Positions 1-12,038 of a stretch of 64,000 bases of DNA are shown here, one piece after another. Made by a program: the position numbers and the translations under genes. Under the pieces are notes generated by a model, which made no database searches, had not been told where the DNA came from, and was given only the letters and a program-made list of their open reading frames with translations. Within the stretch, counting starts at the first letter, position 1, and each line of letters opens with the position of its first letter. This DNA is from Octopus vulgaris (lineage: Eukaryota). The stretch spans positions 16,616,001 through 16,680,000 of the forward strand of contig OX597843.1 in assembly GCA_951406725.2 (NCBI GenBank). Direction: 5' to 3'.

Positions 1-1
1 T

Positions 2-2608
2 CAACTTGGCCTTGTACGCCCCTCCACCAGCCCTTGGGCATCTCCCCTTCATTTGGCGCGAAAGGGCGAGTCTGATTTTCGCCCGGTTGGAGACTATCGA
101 CGCCTCAATGCCGTCACAATAGCCGACCGCTATCCGATTAGAAATCTCCGGGACTTTACGGCAAATCTCCATGGTTGTACCATTTTTTCGAAGGTCGACC
201 TCATACGCGCTTACCACCAAATACCGGTCAACCCAGCCGACGTTCCAAAAACTGCGATCACTACCCCGTTTGGGTGTTTTGAGTTTTTGTACATGAGTTT
301 CGGTTTGCGGAATGCTACTAGCACTTTCCAGCGTTTCCGTGATGAGGTTGTCCGCGGTCTTGATTTTGTGTTTGCCTATGTCGATGACATACTCATTGCG
401 AGCGACACACGAGAAAATCATCTCCGGCACCTTTCTCAACTCTTCCAGCGTCTTCGCGCGTATAGTATACGCATAAATCCCGACAAGTGTGTTTTCGGAC
501 GCTCTTCCCTAGATTTTCTAGGGCATCATATTGATTCGACTGGAATCAGCCCCCTCTCGTCAAAAGTCGATGCCATTCAACGCATCGCACCCCCCACTTC
601 CTTGCGCCAGCTCAAGCATTATCTAGGGATGATCAATTTCTACCGACGTTTCATTCCCGGTTGTGCAGATAAGCTGCTACCTCTCACCAGGCTGTTAAAG
701 GACTCTCCTAGAAAGGACAGTCAAGTCACCCTCTCTGTTGAAGCAGTGACAGCCTTTGAATCCATTAAGAAGGAGCTGGCTTCTGTTTCTTTGCTTGCAC
801 ATCCAGTTCCTGGTGCTTCTCTCTCTTTGACTGTGGACGCATCGGACACTGCGATTGGTGCTGTGTTACAACACACAGTGGATGATCATGTTCGACCTCT
901 AGCCTTCTTTTCCCGTCAACTGCAACCAGCTGAACGACGATACAGCACCTTTGATCGTGAGCTCCTAGCGATCTATCTATCGGTTCGTCATTTCCAGCAT
1001 CAACTTGAAGGGCGAGATTTTGTGATCTATACGGATCACAAGCCCCTTACGTTTGCCCTGTTTTCAAAAACGGACAAACTCTCACCCCGTGCTTTTCGGC
1101 ACCTGGATTTTATCTCTCAATTCACTAGCAACATTCGACACATACCTGGAAAAGAGAACGTTCCTGCTGACGCTCTCTCTCGCCTTCCAGTTTGCGCCCT
1201 TTCGTCTCCTGCTGCTATCGACTTAGCTGCCATATCGCAGGAGCAGCCACCTTTGGCGTCGTTAGATTTAACTTCTCCCAAGTTCTCCTGTTGCCAGTTT
1301 TCCTACCTTCCGCTTCCGTCAGCCGAAGGCACCATTCTTTGTGACACTTCCACTGGCTCTCCCAGGCCACTGGTGCCTGAGAACCATCAACGCTCAGTGT
1401 TTGAAGCACTGCACTCCTTATCACATCCTGGCATCGCTGCCACCCTTAAACTAATCACTGCTCGGTTTTTCTGGCCGAATATGCGTCGCACTATTACTTC
1501 TTGGACACGCACCTGCTCCAAGTGTCAACGATCCAAGATTCAACGGCACATTCGTGCCCCGCTTGGACAATTTCCCCCCACGGAGGCCCGTTTTCGCCAT
1601 GTCCACATCGATCTGGTTGGACCATGGCCTGTGAGTCGCGGGTTCTCTTATCTATTAACTTGTGTCGATCGCTTCTCCCGCTGGCCAGAAGCCATTCCGA
1701 TAGCAGACATTTCTGCTGAGACTGTTGCGCGAGCTTTCGTTTCAAACTGGATTTCTCGCTTCGGAGTCCCGTCCCGATTGACAACTGATCGTGGACGTCA
1801 GTTTGAGGCCTCGCTATTTCGCGAATTGTCGCGAATTTTGGGTATGCACCATATCCACACCACAAGCTACCATCCAGCGTCTAATGGATTGGTTGAGCGG
1901 TTCCATAGACAGCTCAAGGCCGCTCTTCGTGCCTCTTCAGACCCACAGTCCTGGATTGAATTTTTGCCCATTGTACTTCTCGGCTGTCGGACTGCTGTCA
2001 AGGCAGACCTGGGGTTTTCTGCTGCAGAGCTGCTGTATGGTACCACACTGGCATTGCCTGGTACGATGTTGGTGCCAGACACTTCCCAGCCCCATGATCC
2101 GGCGACCTATGTCACCAGACTGCGGGCATATTTTTCGAACCTTCCACCCATGGTTCCCAGAAAGCAATCTCCACCGTCCCATCTTCCACCGGATATGAAC
2201 ACCTGGTCGCATGTTTTTGTTCGGGACGACTCTGTGAAGGGCCCACTTGTTTCTCCCTACAAAGGACCTTTTCGTGTGCTTTCTCGCACACCAAAGGTTT
2301 TCACGATTGAGATAAATGGTCGTTCGGAGACCGTTTCCGTGGACCGTTTAAAAAAGGCACATTTTGAGACGTCTTCATCTTTTGATGACAACCTTGACAC
2401 ACCCACCTATGCACCTTTAACAACACTTTCACCTGCACAAACGCCTTCACCTGCACAAACACCTTCACCTGCACAGACGCCTTTGCCTTCACCGGCTCCT
2501 ACAACACCACCCTCGCCGTCAACGGGTGCCCCGAGCACACCGTATGTTACAAAATCGGGCAGAACAGTGCATTGGCCCAAGAAACTTTCAAAGACAATCT
2601 ACATTTAA
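2..2608 (+). CDS. Ty3/Gypsy LTR retrotransposon Pol (RT-RNaseH-integrase), 5' part outside the window
   Basis: Frame is open from base 2 ([18 protein letters not shown]...). RT motifs DYRRLN, FGLRNA and YVDD; RNase [12 protein letters not shown] and TDHKPL; integrase HHCC (HSLSHPG...CSKC), D-D-E (HIDLVG, TDRGRQF, VERFHR) and GPY/F (PYKGPF). The RT-RH-IN order is Gypsy. Confidence 0.97.
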   Translation, partial: QLGLVRPSTSPWASPLHLARKGESDFRPVGDYRRLNAVTIADRYPIRNLRDFTANLHGCTIFSKVDLIRAYHQIPVNPADVPKTAITTPFGCFEFLYMSFGLRNATSTFQRFRDEVVRGLDFVFAYVDDILIASDTRENHLRHLSQLFQRLRAYSIRINPDKCVFGRSSLDFLGHHIDSTGISPLSSKVDAIQRIAPPTSLRQLKHYLGMINFYRRFIPGCADKLLPLTRLLKDSPRKDSQVTLSVEAVTAFESIKKELASVSLLAHPVPGASLSLTVDASDTAIGAVLQHTVDDHVRPLAFFSRQLQPAERRYSTFDRELLAIYLSVRHFQHQLEGRDFVIYTDHKPLTFALFSKTDKLSPRAFRHLDFISQFTSNIRHIPGKENVPADALSRLPVCALSSPAAIDLAAISQEQPPLASLDLTSPKFSCCQFSYLPLPSAEGTILCDTSTGSPRPLVPENHQRSVFEALHSLSHPGIAATLKLITARFFWPNMRRTITSWTRTCSKCQRSKIQRHIRAPLGQFPPTEARFRHVHIDLVGPWPVSRGFSYLLTCVDRFSRWPEAIPIADISAETVARAFVSNWISRFGVPSRLTTDRGRQFEASLFRELSRILGMHHIHTTSYHPASNGLVERFHRQLKAALRASSDPQSWIEFLPIVLLGCRTAVKADLGFSAAELLYGTTLALPGTMLVPDTSQPHDPATYVTRLRAYFSNLPPMVPRKQSPPSHLPPDMNTWSHVFVRDDSVKGPLVSPYKGPFRVLSRTPKVFTIEINGRSETVSVDRLKKAHFETSSSFDDNLDTPTYAPLTTLSPAQTPSPAQTPSPAQTPLPSPAPTTPPSPSTGAPSTPYVTKSGRTVHWPKKLSKTIYI

Positions 2609-2743
2609 CTTTCTTTCAAAATGTTTCTTGTTGTATGATATTATGTATCAAGTCTTCTGGGGGATCGGCAAGCCTTCTGTTTTCTTTCTGCAGCACCACC
2701 ACAAATTTTCTTGTTGCCGTACTTCGCACTCGGAGGGGAGCCC

Positions 2744-3150
2744 TGTAGTGATGCTACTGTGTAGGGTTCGGCGCGCATGCGCAGAATGGGACTACTTCCG
2801 GATGGCCACCGGAAGTCTTCCCCATGCGCATGTGCGGGAAAACGTTCCCTCGAGCCCGCGAAGCTCAAATCTCCCTCTTCGGCTAAGACAGCATTGCGAT
2901 CGGTCACGAATTCCGGGCTCTGACAGCCACACGACCAGCAACCAACTTCAACGACTAACACGAAGCAGTATATCAGAGGCTGTCTTTCTCCCACCAGACA
3001 ACGTACTACATCGAAATCAATAAACCAAACTACTGTCTGTTCACCCTTTTAACCTGAGTTCGTCTGTATTGTTTTCTAGAATTTTATATGTGACTAGATC
3101 GGATATCGACACCCTTCCAGTGCTTCGATAATAGATCCTTTCTCGTTACA
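2744..3150 (+). mobile_element. 3' LTR of the Gypsy element (~407 bp), preceded by a polypurine tract
   Basis: PPT GGAGGGGAG at 2732-2740. LTR begins TGTAGTGA and ends TCGTTACA (TG...CA, imperfect terminal IR). AATAAA at 3019-3024. The 5' LTR is not in the window, so the end is inferred. Confidence 0.8.
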
Positions 3151-3588
3151 TATGTAATTTTCTAGATGGTGTAATTTAATTGTTCATTTTGAATTGATAA
3201 AAGGTGGTTTTTTCTAATTTTATATTTCTTCGTGAAAGTCCGTTCGTCGCTATTTTTCGCGACCTTTTCAATAGCTTGTCCTTTCTCTTCAACGTCTGCC
3301 CTGAAATTTGGCCGCGAATTAATTTTATGTCTGCGTGCATGCATGCCTTTCTATGTGTGTGTAGATGTGTGTTTGCTTAGAAGAATAAGGGTGAGAGGAA
3401 AGGAGATTATGTGCGTGCGTGCGAGTGTGTATGTGTGTGTGTGCGTGCGTATGTGTGTGGTTGTGTGTACACTCGTGTGACTACTTGCATGTGTATGTGT
3501 ACGTGTGTGTTAGTGTGTGTAGCCATCCATGACTAGGTATGTGTATGTATAACTGTGTCTATATACGCACATAGATTTATATGCAAGA

Positions 3589-3813
3589 GGCGGCGAGCTG
3601 GCAGAAGCGTTAGCACGCCGGGCGAAATGCTTAGCAGTATTTCGTCTACGTTCTGAGTTCAAATTCCGCCGAGGTCGACTTTGCCTTTCATCCTCTCGGG
3701 GTCGATAAATAAAGTACCAGTTTCGCACTGGGTCGATGTAATCGACTTAATCCGTTTGTCTGTCCTTGTTTGTCCCCTCTATGTTTAGCCCCTTGTGGGT
3801 AGCAAAAGAAATA
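3589..3813 (+). mobile_element. tRNA-derived SINE, family A
   Basis: A-box-like TGGCAGAAGCGTTAG and B-box GAGTTCAAATTCC; homologous copies at 45532-45922 and 55272-55520. Confidence 0.8.
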
Positions 3814-3820
3814 TATATCA

Positions 3821-4203
3821 CTAGCAGTATCGCCCGGCGTTGCTCGGGTTTGTAAGGGAAATAACTATATAAGCATTTTTAGAGAGTTATAGCAAAAAAA
3901 TGCATTAAAAATTGAAAAAAATTAAGGTAAATTTTTTTTAAATCGTTGACACATCGTAGATATTTTTAGAGAGTTACTTCCCTTATATAAAAGCGAAAAA
4001 AATGCATTAAAATGGAAAAATATGATGGTAATTTTTTTTTAAATCGTAGACTCATCGTAGACGCGCGCTAATACCCAGAAGGGCTCGATATGAATCACGA
4101 CTATAAGATACCCGCTTTTGGTTAAACTGCACCACAAAATGTGGGAGTAGTTAGGAATCTAAATCGTAGGAGACAGACACACAACTTCACTCTTATATAA
4201 AGA
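3821..4203 (-). mobile_element. Non-autonomous Helitron, family H1
   Basis: On the minus strand: 5' TC, 3' hairpin CCCGAGCAACGCCGGG followed by CTAG, inserted between A and T with no TSD; two ~105-bp internal subrepeats. Confidence 0.88.
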
Positions 4204-6131
4204 TGCTTTTTTTTTCAGTCATAGAGTTAGATTTATGAAGGTCTTCAGTAGAAAATCCTTCGAATTCTGACTCGCTGCTTGATATAATGAAATTCGTATC
4301 CATTTTTTGTCAGAATTACAAATTTTGAAAACACAATAGGAACAAATTTCGGAAAAAAATCTCCCATAATTCACGGAATTAAAATTACACTTCGATTTTT
4401 GTACAAAACTGTAGTTGAAGTGTTTACGAAGTATAATACGTGTTTTCACGAATGTACTAAAGAGATTTGCTCTGATATTCTCATTTAAATATGAATAGGT
4501 AAATTCGGGCGGTTTAGTAACGAAAGGGTTAAACGGATGCATACATTTATTAATCTCTTATTATAATAACTATATATAAGTGTCGTCTGTTTATACATAA
4601 ACACTGTTTCATACTGCAATTATATATACATATATCTATATATAATATTATATAATAAAATATATACAGAGTAAAATAAAAACCAATTTACCTTTTCTGT
4701 ATTGTTATAGCAATTCCACCGTCCGTGTGTCTTTGCAAATGTGTTGGAATGATAAGTGAGTTGTGTTTTGGCGCCTTTTTTACTAATAACAAACACACAC
4801 GTGTTTGTATGTAGTTGTTTGAAACGTTTGTGTTTGCCACTCTCATATATGTATGTGTATGCGTGTGTGTGAGGAATGACACACACACACTCACGCACGC
4901 ACACATGTACATCAATGCTTTCGGAGTGATATGTTAAAATATTGAGTTTTCTCGAATTTTGTCTTAATTGGTGGTAAAATTGAAAGAAATTTTTTATGGC
5001 ATCACCCACTGAAGTACTCTGAAAAATCATGGGTACACTCTAATTGAAGAAATTGTGTGAGGAGTAAATCGTTATGTATTTATTTGTTTCTGTTTGCTGG
5101 TTTTTTTAGTAGTGGTTTAAGGTACACTTCTCTCGTTTTATCGAATTAGTTTCACTTTAATCGCTGCAAACGTGCAAAGAGAAAGTCGCAGAAATGAGTG
5201 ATAGCGTGAGTGAATGAGATCGGTCCCTTTTTGTGTGTGTGCGTGTGCGTGTGGTGTAAACCACATTAAGAAAAGCATTTGACATACACACCAGAATGTG
5301 AGTTTTCTGTAAATTTTGCTTAATTGGAGTTTAAATTTTAAAAACTGGACCTGGCATGACCCGATGCATTCTACTCTTAAAAATGCTAGGTAAATTGTAA
5401 TTGAAGAAATCCTATATTGTAGATTTCTATAAGTTACAAAGGGAGGCAGATAAAATCTGCCTTTTTATAATAAGAGATGTATATCTGTGAATAAAGCAGG
5501 CGTGACTGTGTTGTAAGCTGTTCCCTTTGGGGTTCATAGAAGCTGCGTGGCACTATGAGCGGGTTTTCAATTACTATAGCTCTGGGTCGACTAAACCCTT
5601 GTGAGTACAATGCATTGCGTCATGACGGAATCTGAAAAAGCTTGTCATATATGTGTAAATCAATATTTAGCAGAAGCAACAGAGTGACTTGGGGGGCGAG
5701 AGTTTCGTGCATTACACCACACTTGTCAAACTACACACACACACAAGGAATAAAAGAAAGTAATTCACTTACTGTAGTGAATGACACACACACTATTTAC
5801 ACACATAGAAAAAACTTTTATTTTTTTACATAAGTAATGAGAGCGAAAGAGACTAAGAGAAAGCGATTGTATGACGAGGGAAGTTCCTTTCAAGTTACCG
5901 TGCATGGGACTCATTGATGTACATGTGTGTGTGTGTGTGTGTTTGATGGAGTGTGGGAGACAGACAGTATGTTGTGTAAGTGAAGTGCTTCTGTTAGTGT
6001 GTGTGAAGAGACAGAGAGAGTAATGTGTGAAAGAGAGAGATAACTGAAATTTTTTACTCGGTTTATGTGTATATGTATGTATGCATGTATGTGTGTGTGT
6101 GTGTGTGTATGTATGTGTGTGTGTATGTATG

Positions 6132-6978
6132 TATTTATATATAAAAAGAAAGGTTGTGTGTCTGTCTACTCCGATTTAGATTCCTAACTACTCCCACATT
6201 TTGCGATGCAGTTTAACCAAAACCGGGTATCTTATAGTCGTGATTCATATCGAGCCCTTCTGGGTATTAGCGCGCGTCTACGATGAGTCTATGATTTTAC
6301 AAATAATTTACCATCATTTTTTTCCATTTTAATACATATTTTTAAAAATAAACGGAAGTAACTCTCAAACTTCACACCAATATGCGTGCTCATATGCGAC
6401 GTAATATCACATCACCAGCATTTCCTCACACTCTCCTTGCACTTGGCGAAGGCAAAATACCAGGGGATGAAAATGGTAATATTGCCATCGATTCCATTTG
6501 TACCATTGTTAAGACGCCTTCTGATCTCAGAGATGCAGTGTTCCCAGATTTACAAGCTAATTATCAGAATATGGATTGGATTGGCAAAAAGGCTATACTG
6601 GCCCCGAGGAATAAAACTGTTCACCATATTAATGATGAAATGCTAAAACTCATTCCTGGGGAAGTCGATGTATATCAGTCTATCGATACAACTCCTGACC
6701 CAGAGGACGTCATCAACTATCCAATAGAGGTACTCAATTCCTTTGAGCACCCCGGACTACCACCACACTTTCTCAAACTTAAAGTTAGTGCCCCTATAAT
6801 GCTCATCAGAAATTTGGTTCCCCCAAAACAATGCAATGGCACACGTTTGGCGTTAAGTCCTTATCTCCCACCGTAAGCTTATTTCAATATTTGCCTGAAT
6901 AATCATCATAATTCAGTGCAATCATTAACAGTACTTTCAAGCAATTCAGCCCCGAGCAACGCCGGGCAATTCTGCTAG
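6132..6978 (+). mobile_element. Internally deleted Helitron H1 carrying a helicase fragment
   Basis: Same 5' ~230 bp and same 3' hairpin+CTAG (6951-6978) as the other H1 copies, enclosing PIF1-like coding sequence. Confidence 0.88.
6355..6876 (+). pseudogene. Helitron RepHel PIF1/SF1 helicase fragment
   Basis: LKLHTNMRA, AILAPRNKTVHHIN, YPIEVLNS..PGLPPHFLKLKV.APIMLIRNL.P...CNGTRL are hallmark Helitron helicase motifs; no Rep domain. Confidence 0.9.
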
Positions 6979-7567
6979 TATGTGAATAGAAGCAGGCGTG
7001 ACTGTGTTGTAAGCTGTTCCGGGTTCAGTCCAGCTGCGTGGCACTTTGAGCGGGTGTTTCTACTATAGCTCTGGGTCGACTAAACCCTTGTGAGTAGATT
7101 TGGTTGACGGAATCTGAAAAAGCTTGTCATATATGTGTTTATCAATATTTAGCAGAAGCAACAGAGTGACTTGGGGGGCGAGAGTTTCGTGCATTGACAC
7201 TTGTCAAACTACACACAGACACACACAAACACACACACACACACACACACACTCACACACACACATACACACATATGCATGAGTGGCTGTGTGGTAAGTA
7301 GCCTGCTTACCAACTACATGGTTCTGGGTTCAGCCCCATTACGCGACGCCTTGGTCTTCTACTAGAGCCTCAGGCCAACCAAAGCCTTGTGAGTGAATTT
7401 GGTAGACGGAAACTGTGTGTGTGTTTGTGTTTGTCCCCCCGATGGTGGCATGTATATACATAATATTATTGTTCTTTCTTGCGAAATATATAGAATTACT
7501 TTAAAGAAGTGTTCGGGTCGAAACAAGTAAAAGAATAAAAGAAAGAAAGAAAAATATATATATATAA

Positions 7568-7627
<60 letters not shown>

Positions 7628-7697
7628 TAATATTTTTACTTTTATATACATATTTATATTTATTGCATATCTTTTACTTTTTTATATTTATATATAA

Positions 7698-7900
7698 CTA
7701 GCAGAGATACCCGGCGTTACCCGATTACATTCAATTGGAGAATTAGACTTTTCTGTTATATCTTCTGTGATGAACTGGAATATCTATGTTTCGAATTTCA
7801 TCAAAATTGCAGATGAGGGTTATTTCAATCTTTACACACCCTAAAAAATTGTAATCGTGCCACATGTATCCCATAATCCTGATTTTTATGCGCATATTCC
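7698..7900 (-). mobile_element. Helitron-like 3' end (another family; extent uncertain)
   Basis: Minus strand reads CGGGTAACGCCGGGTATCTCTGCTAG|T, a hairpin plus CTAG. Confidence 0.45.
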
Positions 7901-8988
7901 AAAATTCCAGTCTTATTTAACTTGTTAAAAAGATTTTGTTCCTGAAACATGAAGGTCATGGAGCTCTAAAATGTGAGAGTTAAGGCCCCTGTTGGGGGTG
8001 GGCATCTTAATGTCAACCAGAGAAGTTGAATTGTTGAAAATCTTTTTAACTTGGGTCTTATATCTATTGTTTGAATTTCTTTGAAATAGGAAATATATGT
8101 TCACTGGGTTTGTAAAAGAGAGCAAAGCTACAGGAAATCAAAAGACGAATGATCACAATAAGCAGTCAGTTACCCTACCCTAGTCGTTACCACTCCTAAT
8201 GTAGGATTCCTCACCATCCAGGTGACAGGCACAGCCGTAAGATGCATTACAAATCTATAGCAATTGGAAGGGCGTGACCCAACTGAAATCAACATTAACA
8301 ACTGTTTGACGTGAGAGCTAAGGAGAAATGAAAGTGTCACCTCTGTAGTTTGCAAATGACCACTATACTGATACGTAACTGGACAGAATAAATTTAAAAT
8401 CTATAAATGTCTTCGAATAACCAGTCACTCATCTGGGAAGGCCTTGAAATCAATGTTACCATCTGGGGACTATGTGTGACCGAGTGATAATAAAAAGACT
8501 GAAAGGAGGTCTGCAATCAAATAAATTTTACTCTACACTTTGCAACTGAATCAGTGGAGGCAAAGATGCCTCTCATTTACTTGACAATTTATGCAGTGTG
8601 TATGTCAAAGCAAACTGTTACACTGTTGTACCATTGAATTACAAATAATGCTCATCTTTTATGCTCGGGTAACCCTACAGCTTCCAAGAGCACAACTGTA
8701 TTCATTTTTGCTTAGATAAAATGACAAAATTGTAGTTGTTAAGTCCCCATGGAGGGGTCTTTCTAACTTTGTAAGATGAAATTTTATAGATATTACTTCA
8801 TTTGTGTCTAATGTCTATGGTTAAAATTTCATCAACAGCAAAAATATATGAATTGTCATGGGTGTTATGGCCCTTATGCATAGAATATGATTTCCAAATT
8901 TCATAAAGATCCATTCAGTACTTTTGACCAAGTTTTGGATCATAAAAGAAATTACTAAAATTTGGGATTTAAGGCTCCCATTAGGGTG

Positions 8989-9037
<49 letters not shown>

Positions 9038-9330
9038 TACACACACACATGCACACATACAAAGATAAATTGATAGATACAACTGAGTGAGCAAACAAAA
9101 ATATGAGACACAGCCTAGTGCTTTTTTATGTTGATAAGCCTAGTACTTACTCTATTAGTTTGTTCTTGTGAAACCAGTAAGTTATGTGGATGTAAATAAG
9201 TGAACAGCAGTTGTGAAGCAGTGATGAGGGCGAAACACAGAGACAAAGACACACACATACACTTACATATATACATACATATATATACGATTTATTTGTT
9301 ACTGTTCCTGTCTACGAAATCCATATATAT

Positions 9331-12038
9331 TGTTGTTGGCATCCTTTTTGTCTCGGGAGACAATGGAGTTGCGCATAAAATAATCTTGTCCGGCTTTTAC
9401 ATTTCATGTCCTAATACATCTCTTGCTGTGGCTGTGTAGTCCTATCCGGGACAAACACTCCCTCTGGCAGGTGCCGTAAATGTAGCGAAGACTTTGCCTG
9501 ACTGGTTGTAATGTCATAGTTTCTTGTTGACGTCTTTTCTTGTCTTTCCATTTCTCCTTTCTCACTATGTCACTCCTTTGTGTTCCCTCTTTCACGGTAC
9601 GTCGCCAATCTCCACGGTTGCTGGCAACTGCTTCCCAGTTGGTAATATTGATGTTGCAGGCATTCATGTCCCTTTTGCAAACATCCTTGTATCGTAAGAA
9701 CGGTCTTCCCACAGACCTAGTGCCCCTAGCAAGCTCTCCGTTGAGTATGTCCTTGGGGATTCTGCCATCTTCCATACGGCTAACATGTCCAAACCATCTC
9801 ATACGTCTTTGTGTGAAGAGTGCAAACATGCTTGGTATTCCTGCTTGCTTGAGGACATCTTTGTTAGGGACATGATTCTGCCATTTGATGCGATGGATTT
9901 TCCGGAGACAGCGCAGGTGAAAGATATTTAGGCGACGTATGGCGTCGTATGGCGTGTGTATGGCGTCAAAGTCATACAGTAGAGTGCTAAGTACACATGC
10001 CTGGTAAATCTTCATTTTTGTGGTCTTGGTCAGCTTATTGTTGTCCCATGCGCGTTTGGTGAGTTGGACCATCACAGCAGCTGCCTTGCCAATGCGTATA
10101 TTGAGCTCAGCATCAAGGGATAGGTTGTAGGTGACGGTAGAGCCAAGATAGGTAAACTTCTCCACCTCCTATACTCTGTGGTCTCCAATATGTATGTTTG
10201 GGATGTCCGATGTAGCCTGACCCATGATGTTGGTCTTCTTGAGGCTGATAACTAAGCCAAAGTTGCCAAATGCTTGCTCAAAACAGTTGCTGAGCCTTCG
10301 TAGGGCTTCTTCTGTGTGTGATACCAGAGCGGCATCATCAGCAAATAGCATCTCCTTGATCAGGATGCTTCTGAAATTTTGGTCTTGGCACGCAGACGCG
10401 AGAGATTGAACAGTTCCCCATCACTTCTACTGTGCAGAAACACTCCATCATCTGATGTCTCAAAGGCATGTGACAGCAGCAGCGAGAAGAAGATGCCAAA
10501 TAATGTAGGAGCAAGGACACAACCTTGCTCTACCCCATTTTTTATTTGGAAGGCGGCTGATGTTGAACCATTGTGCTGTATGGTGCCTTGCATATTAGCA
10601 TGGAATGATTTGATGATCCTCAGCAGCTTTGGTGGACATCCGATTTTTGGAGCAGGATGAAGAGGCCTTTTCTACTTACCAAGTCAAAGCCCTTTGTCAG
10701 ATCAATGAAGGCCATATATAATGGCATGTTCTGCTCTCTGGACTTCTGAAGTTGGCGTATGGAGAATATCATGTCAATAGTTGATCTGCTTCTAAAGCCA
10801 CACTGCGATTCTGGATAAATTCGAGAAGCAATTAGTTGCAGCCTGGACAGGATAATGCAAGCAGAGGCCTTTCCAACTGTGCTTAGAAGAGATATTCCAC
10901 GGTAATTGTTACAATCATCACGGTCACTTTTATTTTTGTAAAGCGTAATGATGTTAGCATCCCGCATATTCTGAGGGACTGTACCCTCTTACCTGCACTG
11001 ACACAGAAGCTCACGAATGTGCCGAAGCAGGATAGTGTTTTTGCCGGTTTTGATGATCTCTAAGGGGATGCCGTCTTTTCCCGGAGCCTTGTTACTTGCT
11101 AGGGAGTCAATAGATTTGGTGAGCTCTGCTATAGATGGCAGACTGTCAAGTTCACACATGACTGGCAAGATCTTGACACCCTCGATTGCAGCCTCAGCTA
11201 CCGTGGTCTCTCGTGAGTAGAGATCCTGGTAGTACTCCATCCATCTATCCATTTGCTTGCTTTGGTCCCTGATGAGATCTCCAGTAGTTGATTTCAGAGG
11301 GGCTGAGGTATTTGCGGATGGACCGAGGGCCTTCTTCAAACCGGCATACATCCCACGGGTGTCGCCACTGTCAGCAGCTGACTGGATACTCTGACAGATT
11401 TCCTGTCAATACCCATTTGCACAGCGTCTGGCAGTGAGTTGGGTTTTATTTCTTGCCTTTCTGAGTTCTTCGAGTGACTTTGTAGAAGAAACACTCTTGT
11501 ATTGCATCAGAGCTGCACGCTTTGCTTCGATAACTGTTTCCAGCTCTGAGAGCCCAGCACTGAACAAAATCTGTGTTTTGCCTTTCTCTCATGCCGAAAG
11601 TATCTATTGATGTGGTATACAAAGCTTCTCTGATATAATTCCACCTACTTTCAGCAGAGGAGGTTGGGCAGCTACTGAGGGCAACCTTGATAGAAACAGC
11701 AAAACATTGTCGCAGTGTAGGGTCCGAGGTTCTGGCAGTGTTAATGCGTGGTTGGCTCATTTTCTTGGAGTGATGGACTTTTTAGGCAGAATCCTCACCC
11801 TTCTTATTAGTGAATGATCTGTGTCACAATCCGCGCTACGGGTCAGTTGAACAGAATTCAGAAAGGATCTTCGTGTAATGATGAGATCCAACTGATGCCA
11901 GTGGTGAGATCTTGGATGTCTCCAAGATGCCTTGTGGGATGTCTTGTTGGGAAAGAATGTGTTGGTGATGCACAGGTTATGGTATGTGCAAAATTCAAGT
12001 AGTCTCTGGCCATTGTCATTCATGTTGCCAATACTAAA
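9331..12038 (-). mobile_element. Decayed, 5'-truncated RTE-clade LINE
   Basis: Frameshifted fragments: APE C-terminus (NGQRLLEFC, HWHQLDLII, DTDHSL), RT (KAPGKDGIP, NYRGISLLS, QCGFR, FIDLTKGFD, QGCVLAP, LFADDAAL, FTYLGS), RTE C-terminus (RMRWFGHVSRM...RIPK); short (CAA)n tail. Confidence 0.93.

Noticed and set aside
2526-3023. 165-aa ORF after pol as an env-like gene
   Set aside because: Overlaps the PPT and LTR; no signal peptide, fusion or transmembrane features.
7900-8990. Host exons in the non-repetitive-looking stretch
   Set aside because: No convincing ORF or recognisable domain; short exons cannot be excluded without RNA-seq.
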